Shown: positions 37,481-51,338, numbered from the whole stretch's first letter. The stretch is DNA of 63,853 nt, filler included, from Folioceros fuciformis (GCA_049999805.1; 24 parts of 24 records of this genome joined end to end with filler, not necessarily neighbours in it); one strand, 5' to 3'. Notes: a model not told the origin generated them from the sequence alone. Program-made: numbers and translations.

Positions 37481-37596
37481 TGGATAATGAAGGTAAGCGG
37501 CCAAGGTCTTGCCGAAGATGGATAATGAAGGTAAGCGGCCAAGGTCTTGCCGAAGATGGATAATGAAGGTAAGCGGCCAAGGTCTTGCCGAAGATG
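37481..37596. repeat. 38-bp perfect tandem repeat x3
   Basis: tggataatgaaggtaagcggccaaggtcttgccgaaga at 37481, 37519 and 37557. Confidence 0.92.
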
Positions 37597-39130
37597 TCAA
37601 GAGGACGCCATCCACTAGATTGCCAATTAAGTAATCAAAGAGGAGTAAGGCATCTTGAAGTAGTTAGATTCTGCTATTTAACCTATATTTTAAATCTATA
37701 TTTCAATGTATGCTAAGGCACAAGGATTAACAGCTAAAAAATACTTCTTTTTTAACCACAACCAAGTTTGAGTAAATTGCAAGCCGGAAAGTCCCATTAC
37801 TTCTTCCAGGGAAACTCTATTTTTCTCAAAAAAATAATATTTTTCAACAAAAATATTTCTTTCGAGAAAAGGACAACTCATGTCTCCCGCATGTTGAACC
37901 AAGTAGGTTAGCCAAACCGTTTTCCCTAAATTATGGGCGTAAACATTTGGACAAAGACCTATTTTGGCCATACATTAATCATTAGGCAATCCAACCTAAT
38001 GAAGCTATTTGTACATGATAATACAACCTAATCAAGCTATTTGTAGATGATGACACTAACATTATGTGAGAAAGCATTTGAAGAATTTACTAGTTTCCAG
38101 CCTATCATTGAATACTTCCATTCGGATACTCATATCCTTGAGTTGGGAATTTGATCCTAGAAGCCAAGAAAAGAGGAATCAATTGTAGAATGTTAATGCA
38201 CCTCGAGCTAGCCTACTCAACTTGCATAACTGGGACATCCCCGGGTGTAGCCCCCTCAAATCCCATCCACTCTTCCCATTCGTTCCACGATTCGTCATTT
38301 ACTCCCATCAACCCCTCCCAGCAGAAATCTGCAAGATCCTTTGTGGCCTCAACCTCTTCAAGTTCCCGGATGAGCTCTTAAGAGAAAATAGCATATTAAG
38401 AGTGGCAAAATAAGTTCCTCCCCCAACAACGGCTACAGGTAGAAATTTAACTTCAATTATTGAAAGTGAAGTTAGCCCTTATTAAGCGTACTTCGTAGGC
38501 CATTTGCACCTCCTTGAACTTCGACTCACAATGGTCTCCTTTGCACACGTCTGGATGCAACTGCATTTGGAGATTGTGTGTGAGCAAGGAAAAAAGTATC
38601 AATAACTAAGTTAAACAAAGAAGAATCTTGGCAAAAATTGAAGCCTACGTCGTCACCTGCAAAGCGAGCTTCCTGAAGGAGCTCTTGATTATCGACTTGG
38701 AGGTGTTCCACGAAACTCCAAGCAACTTGCAATTGTCCAAGGACAAGGTAGCGGCACAAGAAAGTCTTGGAGCATGTGCTATTCTAATGGTATTGGACTT
38801 GCCGAACTTGGAGCCGACATCATCTCTAAGGCTACCGGCGCTAGTGGAGATGGACCTTATCTGCCGGATCCTTGTGAAGCCTGCCATAGCCTGCATTATG
38901 TCAAATTTGAGCTAAGTACGTTCCTCAATTCCCTACTATAAAGACTATCTATTTCGGGCTCGCCTTAGACCACGTAAGTATCCAATACAACTTACAACTT
39001 TTGAATTTGATAATAAAATGATATCCAATNNNNNNNNNNNNNNNNNNNNNNNNNNNNNNNNNNNNNNNNNNNNTTAATTAATTAANNNNNNNNNNNNNNN
39101 NNNNNNNNNNNNNNNNNNNNNNNNNNNNNT

Positions 39131-39787
39131 GGCAAAGCAGACGCCAAGAAGGGGGACGGCAAGGCAGACGGTAAGAAGAATGCCAAGGGGGACAAGAAAG
39201 GAGACGGCAAAGGTAAGAAAGGAAAGGAGGAGGAAGTTGTGGAGGAAGAGGAGGAGGAAGTTCCAGAGGCACCTCCAGGCCCTCCTCGCCGCTTCTGCAT
39301 CATGCGGTACAATCCAGACGAGAAAATCTGGACTGCCGACGATAAAACTCAGATGAAGATGGAAGACTGTTTCTCCAGGGATTGCAATTTCATGTTCATG
39401 GCCACCGGCGGCCCCCGCATGTGCTATGTCGGCTGTCGTAACCTGTTGAACGAGCTCGTGATGTTTGACGCTGAAGGGTGTCAGTGGTCGCGCTTGCCTA
39501 AACCCTTTGATCCCTTGCAGGAACCCTTGGAGCTGAAGAGATGGTACCACAGCGCCATAACGCCATTCTTCCCTCGGTTTGATGTCGTACCTGGGGACTT
39601 CACCTACGGAGTAACTTTTTCCCTCCTCCACATTTTCCACCTCATCAGGTCTGTGCTTGATCTCGCGCAAATGCGCGGCACCTCTTGGCTTGTCTCATCA
39701 ACGTGTCTCGATAAACAGAGGAGAAAGCGCAGCCTCGAACTTCTGAAGAATCCCGTGAGTAAATTCCGTCCTGGCATGTTCGATTGA
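39131..39787 (+). CDS. 3' part of an uncharacterised protein, possibly the C-terminus of an F-box-associated beta-propeller
   Basis: Open frame from the contig edge: K/G/D-rich then acidic stretch, followed by MRYNPDEKIW, VMFDAEGCQWSRLP and FFPRFD, a pattern reminiscent of bryophyte F-box protein C-termini. Confidence 0.45.
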   Translation, partial: GKADAKKGDGKADGKKNAKGDKKGDGKGKKGKEEEVVEEEEEEVPEAPPGPPRRFCIMRYNPDEKIWTADDKTQMKMEDCFSRDCNFMFMATGGPRMCYVGCRNLLNELVMFDAEGCQWSRLPKPFDPLQEPLELKRWYHSAITPFFPRFDVVPGDFTYGVTFSLLHIFHLIRSVLDLAQMRGTSWLVSSTCLDKQRRKRSLELLKNPVSKFRPGMFD

Positions 39788-40867
39788 TCGAACGCCTGTC
39801 GATGAGGGACGGACGAAAGGTTTCCTTTTTGTGAAGGAGGAATCAGTCTAAGCCGCAAAATGCAACAATCTCGGGGAGGTTTAGCCCCTAAATCCTGACC
39901 TACCTACCACCCTTCTGAACTACCAATCGAAATCTTCGTGACAGGAATCCCGGAACCCCAAGATACGTACAGTACCTAGTTGGCTCTGCTTTTCCAGCAT
40001 GCCTTCTCAACAGATCGGCTCCACCACCCTGCAGCCCATCATTCACCAGCAATTCACTCTCAATGAGCTATTGAAATATCCTCTGATTCATCTGAGCTTT
40101 ATTCCGCCCACCGTCTTTGGTCAGTTGCACCATGTGAATTGGTGATTGGTCAAGGCCCTGAGAGAGTGAGGGACGGTCTAGTGTAAGAAAGCGTGGGAAT
40201 GGATCAACTCCGGATCCCAATCACATGCCTGTAGGCTCTCAGGAGCCCAAAACCAAGACAAAGCCAAAACTCGCTGGGACAGATGGGCCAGGGTCGCTCA
40301 GGGCGGGTACAAACGCTCCCACTGACATCCCCACCAAGAGGTTGCAAACAGGACATACGCCTCGTCTTGTGGTTCGACCTTGAGGCCCTGCTCCTTATCC
40401 TCATCCTCTGATCTCCGGCGAGATCCAATATACGAAGATGATGAAACCACGTGACTGTGTGTGCAACGTAGACAAAAGGTCTAATACCTGGGTGAATGAA
40501 GACCGGTATGCGTTTACGTATCAAGTACGCTGATGGGGCTGCCTCGAAATCTGGAACTGGGAAACCGCCCTGTGCTCCCAACGACCCTCCAGTGCTCCTT
40601 CCACGACGTCAGGACGTACGTACTGTGCTGCGCATACACCTGGACAGGTTGTCATGGAACTTTTTTTACCACTACTCCCCAGAGATGGCGTATCATCGTG
40701 TGGAGGGTAGTGCAATTGGCCCGTACATGACGACGCCAGCAGTTTGTCTTCATGACAGGCCACAGTCCAAGGTGTTGATGAGGCTCGATGGCTGTATACA
40801 TAGGTGCACAGCGGTGTGAAGGTAGTAAGCAGGTCATTCAGCAGCAGTAGCTAACGCGCCTTCAGCC

Positions 40868-42334
40868 ATGGCTTCTTTGTATCTGCTGCTCGTCTCAGCC
40901 TCAATCTTCATCAGTTTGGCTGCAGCAGGTGCAGGCCGAGCCTTGGAGTTGCTCTGCTCGTTCCCAGCTGCCGGAGACGTTACATTTCCTTCGTGTCGCA
41001 GTGCTGTGTGGATGAGGAGGCACTGTACTGACTTCGGCATTGCTGTTGCTGTGACACAGCTGATTATGGGTACACAGGTGACATTGGTCCTGACAAATGG
41101 GGCGACCTGTCGCCTGCCTGGGCTGCCTGTGGGATCGGGAAGGCGCAGTCCCCAATCGACATTGTTCTCGACCAGAGCAGTGTCCCGTTGGGTCCTCTTG
41201 ATTTCCAGTACCCCTTTGACAGTCCCAAGCCTGCCCTTTTCTACCTGGACACACACAACGCCAAGGTAAATGGGCTGGACCTGGAGGCCTGGGCTTGCGA
41301 GGAGTAAAGGGTGGCCAAGATCATGCTGTTCGGCTGCAGCTCACCACTTTCGTGAGTGTCGGTACCTGCAGGCAGAACTGGATAGCAGCTGGGGCAGTCT
41401 GGAAGTAGGCGGCGTGGTGTACTATCCTGACAATGTGCACTTCCACACCCCGTCTGAGCACACCATTGGCGGGAAAAGGTGACGGGGACTTCGTTCCTTC
41501 AGAAGTCAGCTCCAGTCGCCTTTACGTTGTAGCATTTGTCGAACAGGCCTGTCCTGACAATCCAACGTTGCCCTTCGTGCCTGCAGCTACCCCTTGGAGG
41601 TTCACCTCGTCCACACGACAGCCGACGGGCAACACAACGCCGTTGTGGGCATCCTGTACGAATTGGGCCCCAACAACAACACGTTCCTGGATCAGGTACC
41701 TAGGTGCCGGAATACGCTTTGAGAGCTCTGGATCTTGTCACAGCTGCTACAGTAACTGCACTGTGACAGCATGCTTATCCAAGATCGTGAGCTGATTCGG
41801 AGTTCTGTGGACTCTCCAGTTCTTGAGGTACGTCCCATTGCTGGAGAAGTACCCCACAGCCCGCATCTCGATCCCTGCTCTCAGCGCCGAAGGCTTGGGC
41901 ATTTCCTTGGAGTCGCCTTACTGGCGATACCCTGGCTCGCTCACCACTCCTCCCTGCACTGAGGGACTCGTCTGGACTGTTCCTCAAGAGGTAACCACCG
42001 ATTCGTTCCAGTGCAATGTAGGTCCCTTTGCTGTAACAGTTTTCCAGCGCACGATCTTGATTCAAGTGCTATCCCTGGCCCCCAGATTGCGGAGATCTCC
42101 CAATCCCAACTCGATGCGTACCATCGCCTGCGTCCAGTAAGACTCTTCCTGGTCTTTCTTTTCTGGAAATTCCGTTCCCGCACTCACAACGTCATTCCAA
42201 CTGCGGCTCATTCGTTGCATTTCCCTGCGCAGGCGCCCAATAACAGGCCGGTGCAGAGTCTAAACGGCCGTAAAATCTCAGGCTTCTCCTTGTATCGTGT
42301 GTGCGGATTGAAACTTGCCACCGATATGCAGTGA
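40868..42334 (+). CDS. Alpha-carbonic anhydrase with signal peptide, 7 exons (40868-40928, 41060-41265, 41372-41478, 41587-41695, 41820-41990, 42086-42136, 42233-42334)
   Basis: GPDKWGDL...C..G.AQSPIDI, HFHTPSEHT, EVHLVH, YWRYPGSLTTPPCTEGLVW, NNRPVQSLNGR. The three Zn-ligand His are present and introns are GT-AG in frame. Confidence 0.93.
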
Positions 42335-43084
42335 TGCAAAGTCCTTGCGGGAAAAGCTTTCTGTTGTAGATTAGACACATATGACGAAAAAGCTTGGTGC
42401 GCGAACGACCGAGGCGTACCCATGCTTTCTTGTTACAGATTTTGACTAAAGATCGCAGCAACTCCGAACATGGAGTAATTAATACACACGATGTCGCTCT
42501 CCTGGAAGAGCTTATCTTACAAATTGTGCAGTGCTAAGCGAACAATCACGTAACAAAACTATGGGACTCAGTGATAACGTTAGCCACAAGAAGAAAAATC
42601 AACACAACGATTATCCTACATCACTGGTTCCACGTTGTCAAGCTAAANNNNNNNNNNNNNNNNNNNNNNNNNNNNNNNNNNNNNNNNNNNNTTAATTAAT
42701 TAANNNNNNNNNNNNNNNNNNNNNNNNNNNNNNNNNNNNNNNNNNNNGCCTTGAAGAGCCTGTAGTTAGTGCTGAACTTCATAGGCGTTCGCAGAAACCT
42801 TCAAAACCCTCCAAAACCTCGCGGAAAAAGACGAAAAAAGTGAGATGTCGCAGATCCGTTATGAGTGACAAGGCGGTCAAGTACGCATCTCATGAATATG
42901 ACTAAGGAGAAAAGCGAAAAGCAAACTCCTCCGACCATCATACGGTGAGTGTGGTGGGGAAAATAGGAGGAACACAGGCCATGAAAGTAGGAGGAACATA
43001 GGCCAAGAATTTTGGAGGAACACGGGCCATGAATTTTGGAGACACGGGCAACACTAGATCTTTCTGTATACATACCATGATGTT

Positions 43085-43760
43085 TGTATGTTTATACGTC
43101 CTTTCTCGTATACAACATATGTAGACTATACCACTAGTCTATGACATTAGTGTGGCATTGATAATGACACACTAGCGGCGTAGCCAAGAGGCCCAAACAG
43201 TCTTGTGGCATCTTGGGCTCAAACAATATTAATGGCATGATGTCCCAATAACATTAATGACATGGTGTCCTATGTTGTGTGAAATGCATAGCCGCCCTTG
43301 CTCGTGTACGACATATGTAGACTTAGTATACATCTATTATGTGGCATTAATAAAATATAGTGACATGGAGCCCAAGAGACCCGATCAGTATTCATGGCAT
43401 CTTGGGCCAAAATCGAATTAATGGCATGGTGTCCCAATAGCATTAATGGCATGGTGTCTTAGTGAAATGCGTAGCCCGTCCTTTCTCATATACAACATAT
43501 GTAGACTTTGATCAATATTCATGGTATCTTGGGCCCAAACAAAATTAATGGCATGGTGTCGCAATAGCATGAATGACATGGTGTCCTGGTGAAATGCGTA
43601 GCCCATCCTTTCTCGTATACGACATATGTAGACTCAATATACTGCTATTCTATTGCATTAATAAAATATAGTGACACGGAACCTAAGAGCCCCATTGGTA
43701 TTCATGGCATCGCCCAGACAATATGAAAGGCATGGTGTCCCATGATGTGTGAATGTGTAG
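43085..43760. repeat. Degenerate higher-order tandem repeat (~130-195 bp units)
   Basis: acatatgtagact recurs at ~43116, 43310, 43496 and 43622. ttaatggcatggtgtc occurs in pairs within the units. Confidence 0.75.
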
Positions 43761-44067
43761 CTCGAGGTGTAGCATAGCAGGCCCACAAGGGGCCATAATG
43801 CAAACCATACGAAACACCTAAGCAAAGAAACTGTAACAACAGCTAGTTGTCACAACATTAGAGTTACAATTTTTGTTACAATATCCTGGCTTGGTATCAC
43901 CGAGCCTAACTGTAACAATTGCCACAAATGTGTTACAAATAACCTTGTTTTAGTTACACTATACCGTAATATGGATGCCCAACATGTACTAGTGCCTCCT
44001 CAGCACACCATGTTTTTAGGTACTCACACTCCAGCATGCACAAAATTCCCACACAATCCTCTCCTTT

Positions 44068-44245
44068 GGTCACACAGGCCTCTCCTCAAGTCACACAAGC
44101 CTCTCCTCAAGTCACACAAACCTCACTTTGGGCGACACAAGCCCTCCTCAAGTCACACAGACTTTACCTTGGGCCACACAGACCCCTCCTCAAGTCACAC
44201 GGACCTCACCTTGGGCCACATAGACCCCTCCTCAAGTCATATAGA
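44068..44245. repeat. 18/36-bp minisatellite
   Basis: Recurrent ctcctcaagtcacac and ccttgggccacacagacc units running to the contig end. Confidence 0.8.
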
Positions 44246-47200
44246 NNNNNNNNNNNNNNNNNNNNNNNNNNNNNNNNNNNNNNNNNNNNTTAATTAATTA
44301 ANNNNNNNNNNNNNNNNNNNNNNNNNNNNNNNNNNNNNNNNNNNNTCCATACACCGTACTGGAGAGCACACACCAGGCTTGTGCCAAGCCCTTTTACTTT
44401 GCAATTTTCCCGACAGGTCGGACAGCCTAATTTAGATATTTTTTATTTTCGGCAATTTTTCCCAGTGTGGCAATCGAGTCCAACGATGCGGGGATCACGA
44501 TGTCAACTCAACCGTAGCTCTTGGGCCCATTTACATATATATATATACATATACTGGTAACAGGGAACGAAGGAATACGGAACGGAACGGACTGACTCTC
44601 CGGACATCTATAGTAAGCCACACCCATGCAAAATAATCTGTTACAGCTTTAAAAAATAGTTATCTTTTTAGAAAGAAATAAATTCAATTTATTAAATATC
44701 ATTCCACGTTAATTTTACATATAATTCTATTGGAATGAAACAAAGACTGTTAACACGAATCAACATAATTCAATACGTTTTCTCAAAAAAAAAAAAAGAG
44801 TTTAAAATATTTATTTGCATTAGGACAAATAGTGCAAAAGATTTGTTCTATTGGTTTGTTTGCTGCGCAAAGGACACATATTACATAACTTAACAAGACC
44901 TAGAATAATATTCCATATATCTAAAACTCTACACCCATTTGTTGCAGCATAAATAAAATATATATAGTGTACATATTATTTTAATAAAGAAGGAAAAATG
45001 AATTCTTTTTTTTCTGGTTGTAATATATTATATACATTTGAGTTGACATGAACACGTGGCTCGCTGACTGTACCTTTTGCCACATCCTCAAAGCCATGCC
45101 ACGTAGACCAATACGAAGTAGGAAGTGCTATAAATACATACATGAATGGATGCTTTTTATGGTACTCATGGGCCCATGTGAAGTAAGGTTTATATAATGT
45201 AAAATAGGGTTTATATAATGTAAAGTACTATCGATGTTAAAAGAGAAGTAACTTTTTCTTTTCTTTTTGTCCCTCTTCTTCTTCTGCGCCTGGGGTGGTG
45301 TAGTGTGGTGTGCACATGATTGTTACAGGTAGGATGAGATTTGGCTGTCTTTTTTTTGCAATAAAGTCTCCAAGTACTTGTCTCATAACAAGAGAAAAAG
45401 AATGTATATTGTAAGCAAGCTAGTGTATATATATTAGTTAGTTTGGTAGCGTAAGCCACACTAAATACTTAGGTGGTACATGAGAAAGCAGGATGATGAT
45501 GGGTTTCCTTTTTATGAATTGATAATAAAAGGTGTAATGAATTTCGGGGCAGTAAAAAGCAGAAGGAAGTGTGGCGCATGAGTTGGGAGGGAGGGCAGTA
45601 AAACCTGAAAAGCGTTTCCGTGTGAAGAGGACACGAATCGCGTGCAGCAGGCAAAGGGAGAGAGGCAGGAATTAGGGCACGGACAACCGAGGGTGCCGGT
45701 GCCAGTGCCGGTACCGGTGCCGCTACCGGAGTAATGCTGCCACGTCAGCAGGCGCCATAGGCCCGCGTAGCTGCAGTCCACCCTAATCCACATGNNNNNN
45801 NNNNNNNNNNNNNNNNNNNNNNNNNNNNNNNNNNNNNNTTAATTAATTAANNNNNNNNNNNNNNNNNNNNNNNNNNNNNNNNNNNNNNNNNNNNACCAAG
45901 CTAAGTCCGGGCAAAAGACAGAAGAAAGGTGACGGGCCGCTAAGGGGTCTCGACAACCGTGAGCCTGGGACGGATGCATGCGGGCTGAAGAATCCAAGTG
46001 GAGGGCCAGCAGACTGAGCCGCCAGCAGCCAGGCACCCTGGAAGGACGGCTGATCGGGCGGCTTAGCTGGTCACAGTTGGGAGCAGAGCAGCAAGGTCGA
46101 AGCCAGAAGCAGGCCAGGCCAGAGGCAACACCAAAGCCTGGCCGGCATGGATGAGGTTGGTTGCAGGACCGATGCGTCAGGATCAGCTCCGGGGCTGTGG
46201 CGGTCCAGAATGAAGTTGCAAGGCAGGCCGGCTTGCAGGCACCTGGACCAATCAGCAGCAGGTCGGTGGGGCCAGCAAGCTGGCTGGAGTCCAGGTAGGC
46301 GACCCGGCACCAGATCAGGCGGGCCACGGGGGTCTAGCAGTTTGGTTGGTTGGATGGGCTGTGGCTAGCTAGCGGTCTGGCTGCCCTATGACCGAAGTGG
46401 TACAAGGGGTCGACCGGGCTGCAGGCAGGCATCAGGCAGCCAACGTGCTGGCTGATGACAGGTGACCCTGCAGGTAGACTGCCTCCACAATGGGGCTGCC
46501 CCGACTGGATGTAACTGGAGGCAGGCGGCGCAAGTTCAGCCCGCATGCATTCAGAGCCAGCCAGCTGGGCACGATTGCAGACGGGCAACCGGGCCAGTAG
46601 CGGCTCAGCTACCAGCGGCTGGTCAAGGTGGATCCTGCAAGCCAGTCGGCGAGCTGGATGTATCGAGTGCCCTGCTGGGTCAGGGCTGGTGGTGACACGA
46701 CATCCGGATTTGGGGGCGGCGCCAGAGCCCAGGCAGGGTGTACAACCGGGGATAGTTGGCTGTTGGTAGATCTGAAGGCCAGGCCGACTGCGGACTGGCT
46801 GGCAGATCCTGGGGCTATGCAGCCAAGTGGGCAATTCGACACCTAGGCTGACTCGTGGTCCGGCTGCATGCAAGCAGACGTCTCGCCGGATCGCCAAGGT
46901 GGGTGGCAGGGTCCGACCGGGCTGGGTCAAAGCGGGTTGGAGTAGCCAGTTCGACCTAATTGCTGCCTGCCAATTGATGGCCGGGGGGGATCTAGGCCGA
47001 CTGGCTGGGCTATGGCCAGTCGGCAGAATAGGCAGGCCGAGCAGGTGGGTGGCCTGAGCGACTCGAGACCGGAGCTGGATCTGCAGTGGTAGCAGGCCGA
47101 GGTACCGTCGGGCTGGTCACAGCTGGGGAGCAGCCGTCGAGGTAGGCGGCTTGGCTAGAGGTGGCCGGACAGGGAAGTCCGGTAGTTGAGAAGCCTGGTG

Positions 47201-47975
47201 GCGTTCGGTGGGCTGGGTGGAGATCTGGACTGGGAAGATGGGCAGCTGGGCGGGTCGAATGGCGGCTGGCCGAGCCAGATCTAGCTAAGCCGGTTGGTAG
47301 GCAGGCTGTGTTGGGAGTGAAGCGNNNNNNNNNNNNNNNNNNNNNNNNNNNNNNNNNNNNNNNNNNNNTTAATTAATTAANNNNNNNNNNNNNNNNNNNN
47401 NNNNNNNNNNNNNNNNNNNNNNNNCAGCCAGTGAAGTTCAAGGCACCTGCCTTGCTCTTTGCCCTCTGCCCGTGAGTGAAGGAGAGAAGGAAAAAGAAAC
47501 AAGGAAAAAGGTGCAGGATTAGCGCCCCTTTCCCCTTTCTCACAACCCCATCAAGCAGCTCCCGTGAGCAACAATTCAGAGGGAGCCTGGTTGGCTCCAC
47601 ATTTTGCTCTTCATACTAAAATCAAGAGATCAATGGGATACAAAAACCCCCACTAAAGCTAGCTCCCCGTGACCAGCAAATTAGAGAGAAAAGAGAATCC
47701 TTGGGAGATGGCTCCTCACACTGTTCGCTCACAGCCTTCCTTCTCACTGCTTCGACCAGCCCTGCATGCAACCTATGTCTCCTCCAACTCACAGATCCTT
47801 AGGATCCCGCCTCCAGATTGCTCCCTGATCATGGAAGGGGAAAAAACAAGAAGAAGGGGGAACCACCGCGTTCCTTCTCCCCCTTGGCAGCCTCACTGCC
47901 TCTCAACTCATGGTCCTTTGCTGCCCGCCCGTTTGCTCACAAATGGCTGCTTTCCCTAAGCTCCCAAGCATCTGA

Positions 47976-48177
47976 GGACTAAGAGTGGTTGCATATCGCA
48001 TGGGAACTTAGAGTACTTGCATGCAACCTAGTGCCTTGGAGTGCCTGCATGCCACTTGGGGACTTAGAGTGGTTGCATTGCATGCAATCTGGTGACTTAG
48101 AGTGCATGCATGCAATCTAGTGACTTAGAGTGCCTGCATGCAATCTAGTGACTTGGAGTACTTGCATGCAACCTGGT
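47976..48177. repeat. ~28-bp degenerate tandem repeat x7
   Basis: gtgacttagagtgcctgcatgcaatcta-like units. Confidence 0.85.
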
Positions 48178-48434
48178 TTATTAGGTCCCCTGCCCGGGCC
48201 TCCTGCCAAACCTGATGGTTTGGTACCAAACCACCTCTATCTCCTAGATAGATCCATCCCACTTCTATCCCTCAGACAGATCCTCGTCACTTCTGTCTCT
48301 CGGACAGACCCATCAGACTTCTATCCCCCGGACATATGCTTCTCCTTACCATGCGTTAACACCCCACTCACATATATAGTCGCTGAAAAATAAAAATAGA
48401 AAATAGAAACAAAACCAAATAGGAAGGAACCAAC

Positions 48435-49169
48435 CTTCCCCACACTTGCCGCATTTGTATAGATTGTACCAAAATTGGAACACTAGCCCGAAATTCTATG
48501 TTTTACATCTGCTCTCAGAGAAATCGACATATCAAAGGACCTATATTCTTTACTAAGTCCATTCAATGTCACAGCAATCATGTCATCCTCCATTACTTTT
48601 GAATCAATCATAGCAAGTTGATTTGCTAACGTCTTCACCTCACTTGTGTATTCAAGTATGCTTCTGTTACCTCGTGACACATTGGTGAACTGTTGCTTCA
48701 ATTGAATCCTCCTTACATATGTGACATTTTCATAGTTCTTCATGAGTATATCCCATGCATCCTTTGACGACTTACATCTCATGATTTGTATGACCATAGC
48801 ATGTGAAATGCTCAGTGAGAACCAATGTAACACTTTACATGCTCTCTTTGTCCATTGCTTATGAGCTCTCCATTACTTTTGTGATGGATTTCTACTTATT
48901 TCAGGTTGTCTTATCACTTGTACAAAAGTCCCAATGCCCTCCGCCTACCAAAAACATTTTCATCATGAACTTCCACGAGGCAAAATTATTGTTGTCTAGC
49001 TTCTCTCCAACAATTTGAGAAATGTTGTCCAATCCCTGTGCATTTGCCATAACTCAGGCTTTCTTCTAAACCAACACTTTTACAAGCAGTGTCTTTTCAA
49101 CTGCTTCTCTCCCAACACTCCAACAAATCCTTGCTATCTTGAGTTTCTATACATGTGCACTAGATACCA
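48435..49169 (-). mobile_element. Ty1/copia 5' region: PBS and decayed gag
   Basis: PBS-like tggtatctag ending at 49169; ATG at 49050; EKLDNNNFASWKFMM, SSKDAWDIL..YE...RRIQLKQQF, TLNGLSKEY; knuckle remnant YKCGK. Confidence 0.85.
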
Positions 49170-49227
49170 AACGTCTAACTGAATTCACTCCTTATGCTCC
49201 TCATGTGCCTTGCTCTCATGCACATCT

Positions 49228-51338
49228 TGTGGTGGCAAAACCTGGGTCAATTGCTTGTCGAGGGGTTCAACTTCTAGTGTCCACACTTATCCCACTATCG
49301 TTGAGACATTGGGTTTCGTTCCCATGATGGAACGATGGGGCTCCTCGCTGCTATGGATGGAGGGTCAGACTTACTACACACAGAGCCCACAATCGACTGC
49401 CAACCCTTAGGAATACGTACTATGAATGGTATCCCTATGACTGGAGAGTCCTCACAACTCCAGCACACTCACATCAACTCGATGACGAATTCGAGGGGTC
49501 CCCTTTAGCTTCAATTAGGCGCGGGACAATCCTCGCTATCCAATGGTCGAGTCCACCTCTCTTGGTGCCAACAAACTAACTACAGCCAGTTCAATGACAC
49601 TATCCTCTCATGTCTGTGACTTTCCTCGCCCACTCACTCACTTACTCATTCCAACATCAGTAGTAACACGACCACCTTCTACACTTTTCTATCGACTCCC
49701 CTACTCGACAAGACTCACTCAACTAGACTAACCCCAAACAAAAACATGTCGCTACCCACGATCCTACCAAACACCATGCAAGCATAGCCGACACACACTC
49801 CAATCCCACAAGTAACCAAGAGGAACATATCATAGGAATGCGACACAAATGGCATGCTCAAGTATAAAGGGGCCTAGCCATTAACCTTGGCCACTGGTTC
49901 TTAAAGTTTTACTGAGCGCTACAGAGCACGCACAGTTGGCATACACTACTTCATCCAAGCAGGGACAGCCTGAGAGAGAGCGTGAAGTGAGAAGCGGGTT
50001 CTAGAGGCTCACAGCCTCTTATAGAAGACTCCTATCTCTACAGCTTGACTACTAGGACGCGACAACTAAAGGAATAGTTTATCCCACTCTATTATTTTAG
50101 GCTAGTCTACCCTACCACCTACTTGACGAGCTGCCAACCCCCTTGCTGACCCTACCAACAGCCCTTGCACATCCTTGGCCGTTGACGGCTTTTCCAAATT
50201 TGGTGGGCACCGCCTTCTTCTTTTTGGGTGGTTGCCTGCAAAGTATTCCCCTGCAATTGTTCCTATGATGGCTAAGGCTGCCTCTGCTCTAGTCACCTTC
50301 ACCCCTACAGCATCTCCTCTAACGTTTCCCACGGTGGCTGACGCACAACCCTCAAGAAAGGAGCATTTGTTAATTTGTTAATTTACTCCTAAAATGGTAT
50401 TCCATGGGGCCCATGGATAGTAGGTCAGACCTACTCAAAATGTGTTATTAGCCAAAAAGAACACAACAAAAGAAGTCAGTGGGGAGGTTACAGGAGCTAG
50501 GCTCCCGCCGGAGTAGGTTAGGATAGCAAACAAGCAAATAATGCGTTCAGCAAGCCAAGGGAAGTGGTAGTCGGTAGGTTAGAAATGACCCAAAGGGACG
50601 ATGGGCCATTGTACCATTAGACAATCTTGAGACGGAGGTCCCTTGGTGTTAGTAGGAGTAGTGGGAGAAGAAAGGGAAAAAAACATACGCGGAGTGGTCA
50701 GCGGTTGAAACCAGGCCTGAAAATGACAACTTATTCGATAGAAACGGCTTCTAGCCATAATGCTTTGCTAATTGCCAAAAAATAATCCCAAGGTGCTGAA
50801 ATAGTTCTTGAACTGTCGACCAAGTGAGGTAGGCAAGGTTCATATTTTCTAGAATTAACTCCTAAAAAATAGCAAAAGAAAAGAAAAGAAAAAGAAATGG
50901 GAAAAGGAGAGTGAGACGGGACGGGCAGCATGGGTAGGCACGGACAGCCGCGGGCAGCACCTAAGGCAGGAGATAGAACACCGGGCAATCAGTGCGTGCA
51001 CGTGCTGGCCGGGTGTGGAGGCAAAACCCCGGGCACCGATCGCCAACGGGTTCCACCTTTAGTGGCCACACTTATCCCACTGTCGTTGAGACATTGGGTT
51101 TCGTTCCCACGAAGGAGCGATGGGGTTCCTTGCTGCTGTGGATGGAGGGTCGGACTTGATCGACTCGATGACGGATTCGAGGGCTCCCCTCCAGCTCCGA
51201 TCAGGCGTAGGACAGGCCTTGCTGTCCGGCGGTCAGCTGCACCTCTCTCGGTGCACACAAACTCACTCCAGTCACTACAACGACTCTAACCTCTCAGATC
51301 TGCGTCTTCCCTCACACACCTCACTCACTCTCTCACTC
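49228..51338. repeat. Two dispersed copies of an LTR-like repeat (49228-~49650 and 51014-51338)
   Basis: Both start tgtgg.ggcaaaacc and share ccacacttatcccact.tcgttgagacattgggtttcgttccca...ggatggagggtc.gactt. Copy 1 has ~100 bp of extra sequence. Confidence 0.75.

Noticed and set aside
37216..37596. 49-bp and 38-bp arrays as CRISPR or repeat proteins
   Set aside because: No spacers, and the unit lengths are not multiples of three. These are minisatellites.
37696..38915. Protein-like fragments downstream of ADT
   Set aside because: Possibly a decayed TE, but no diagnostic motif could be identified.
45895..47324. Many overlapping ORFs in a GC-rich contig
   Set aside because: Expected from high GC. 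No domain or consistent frame; probably a TE non-coding region.
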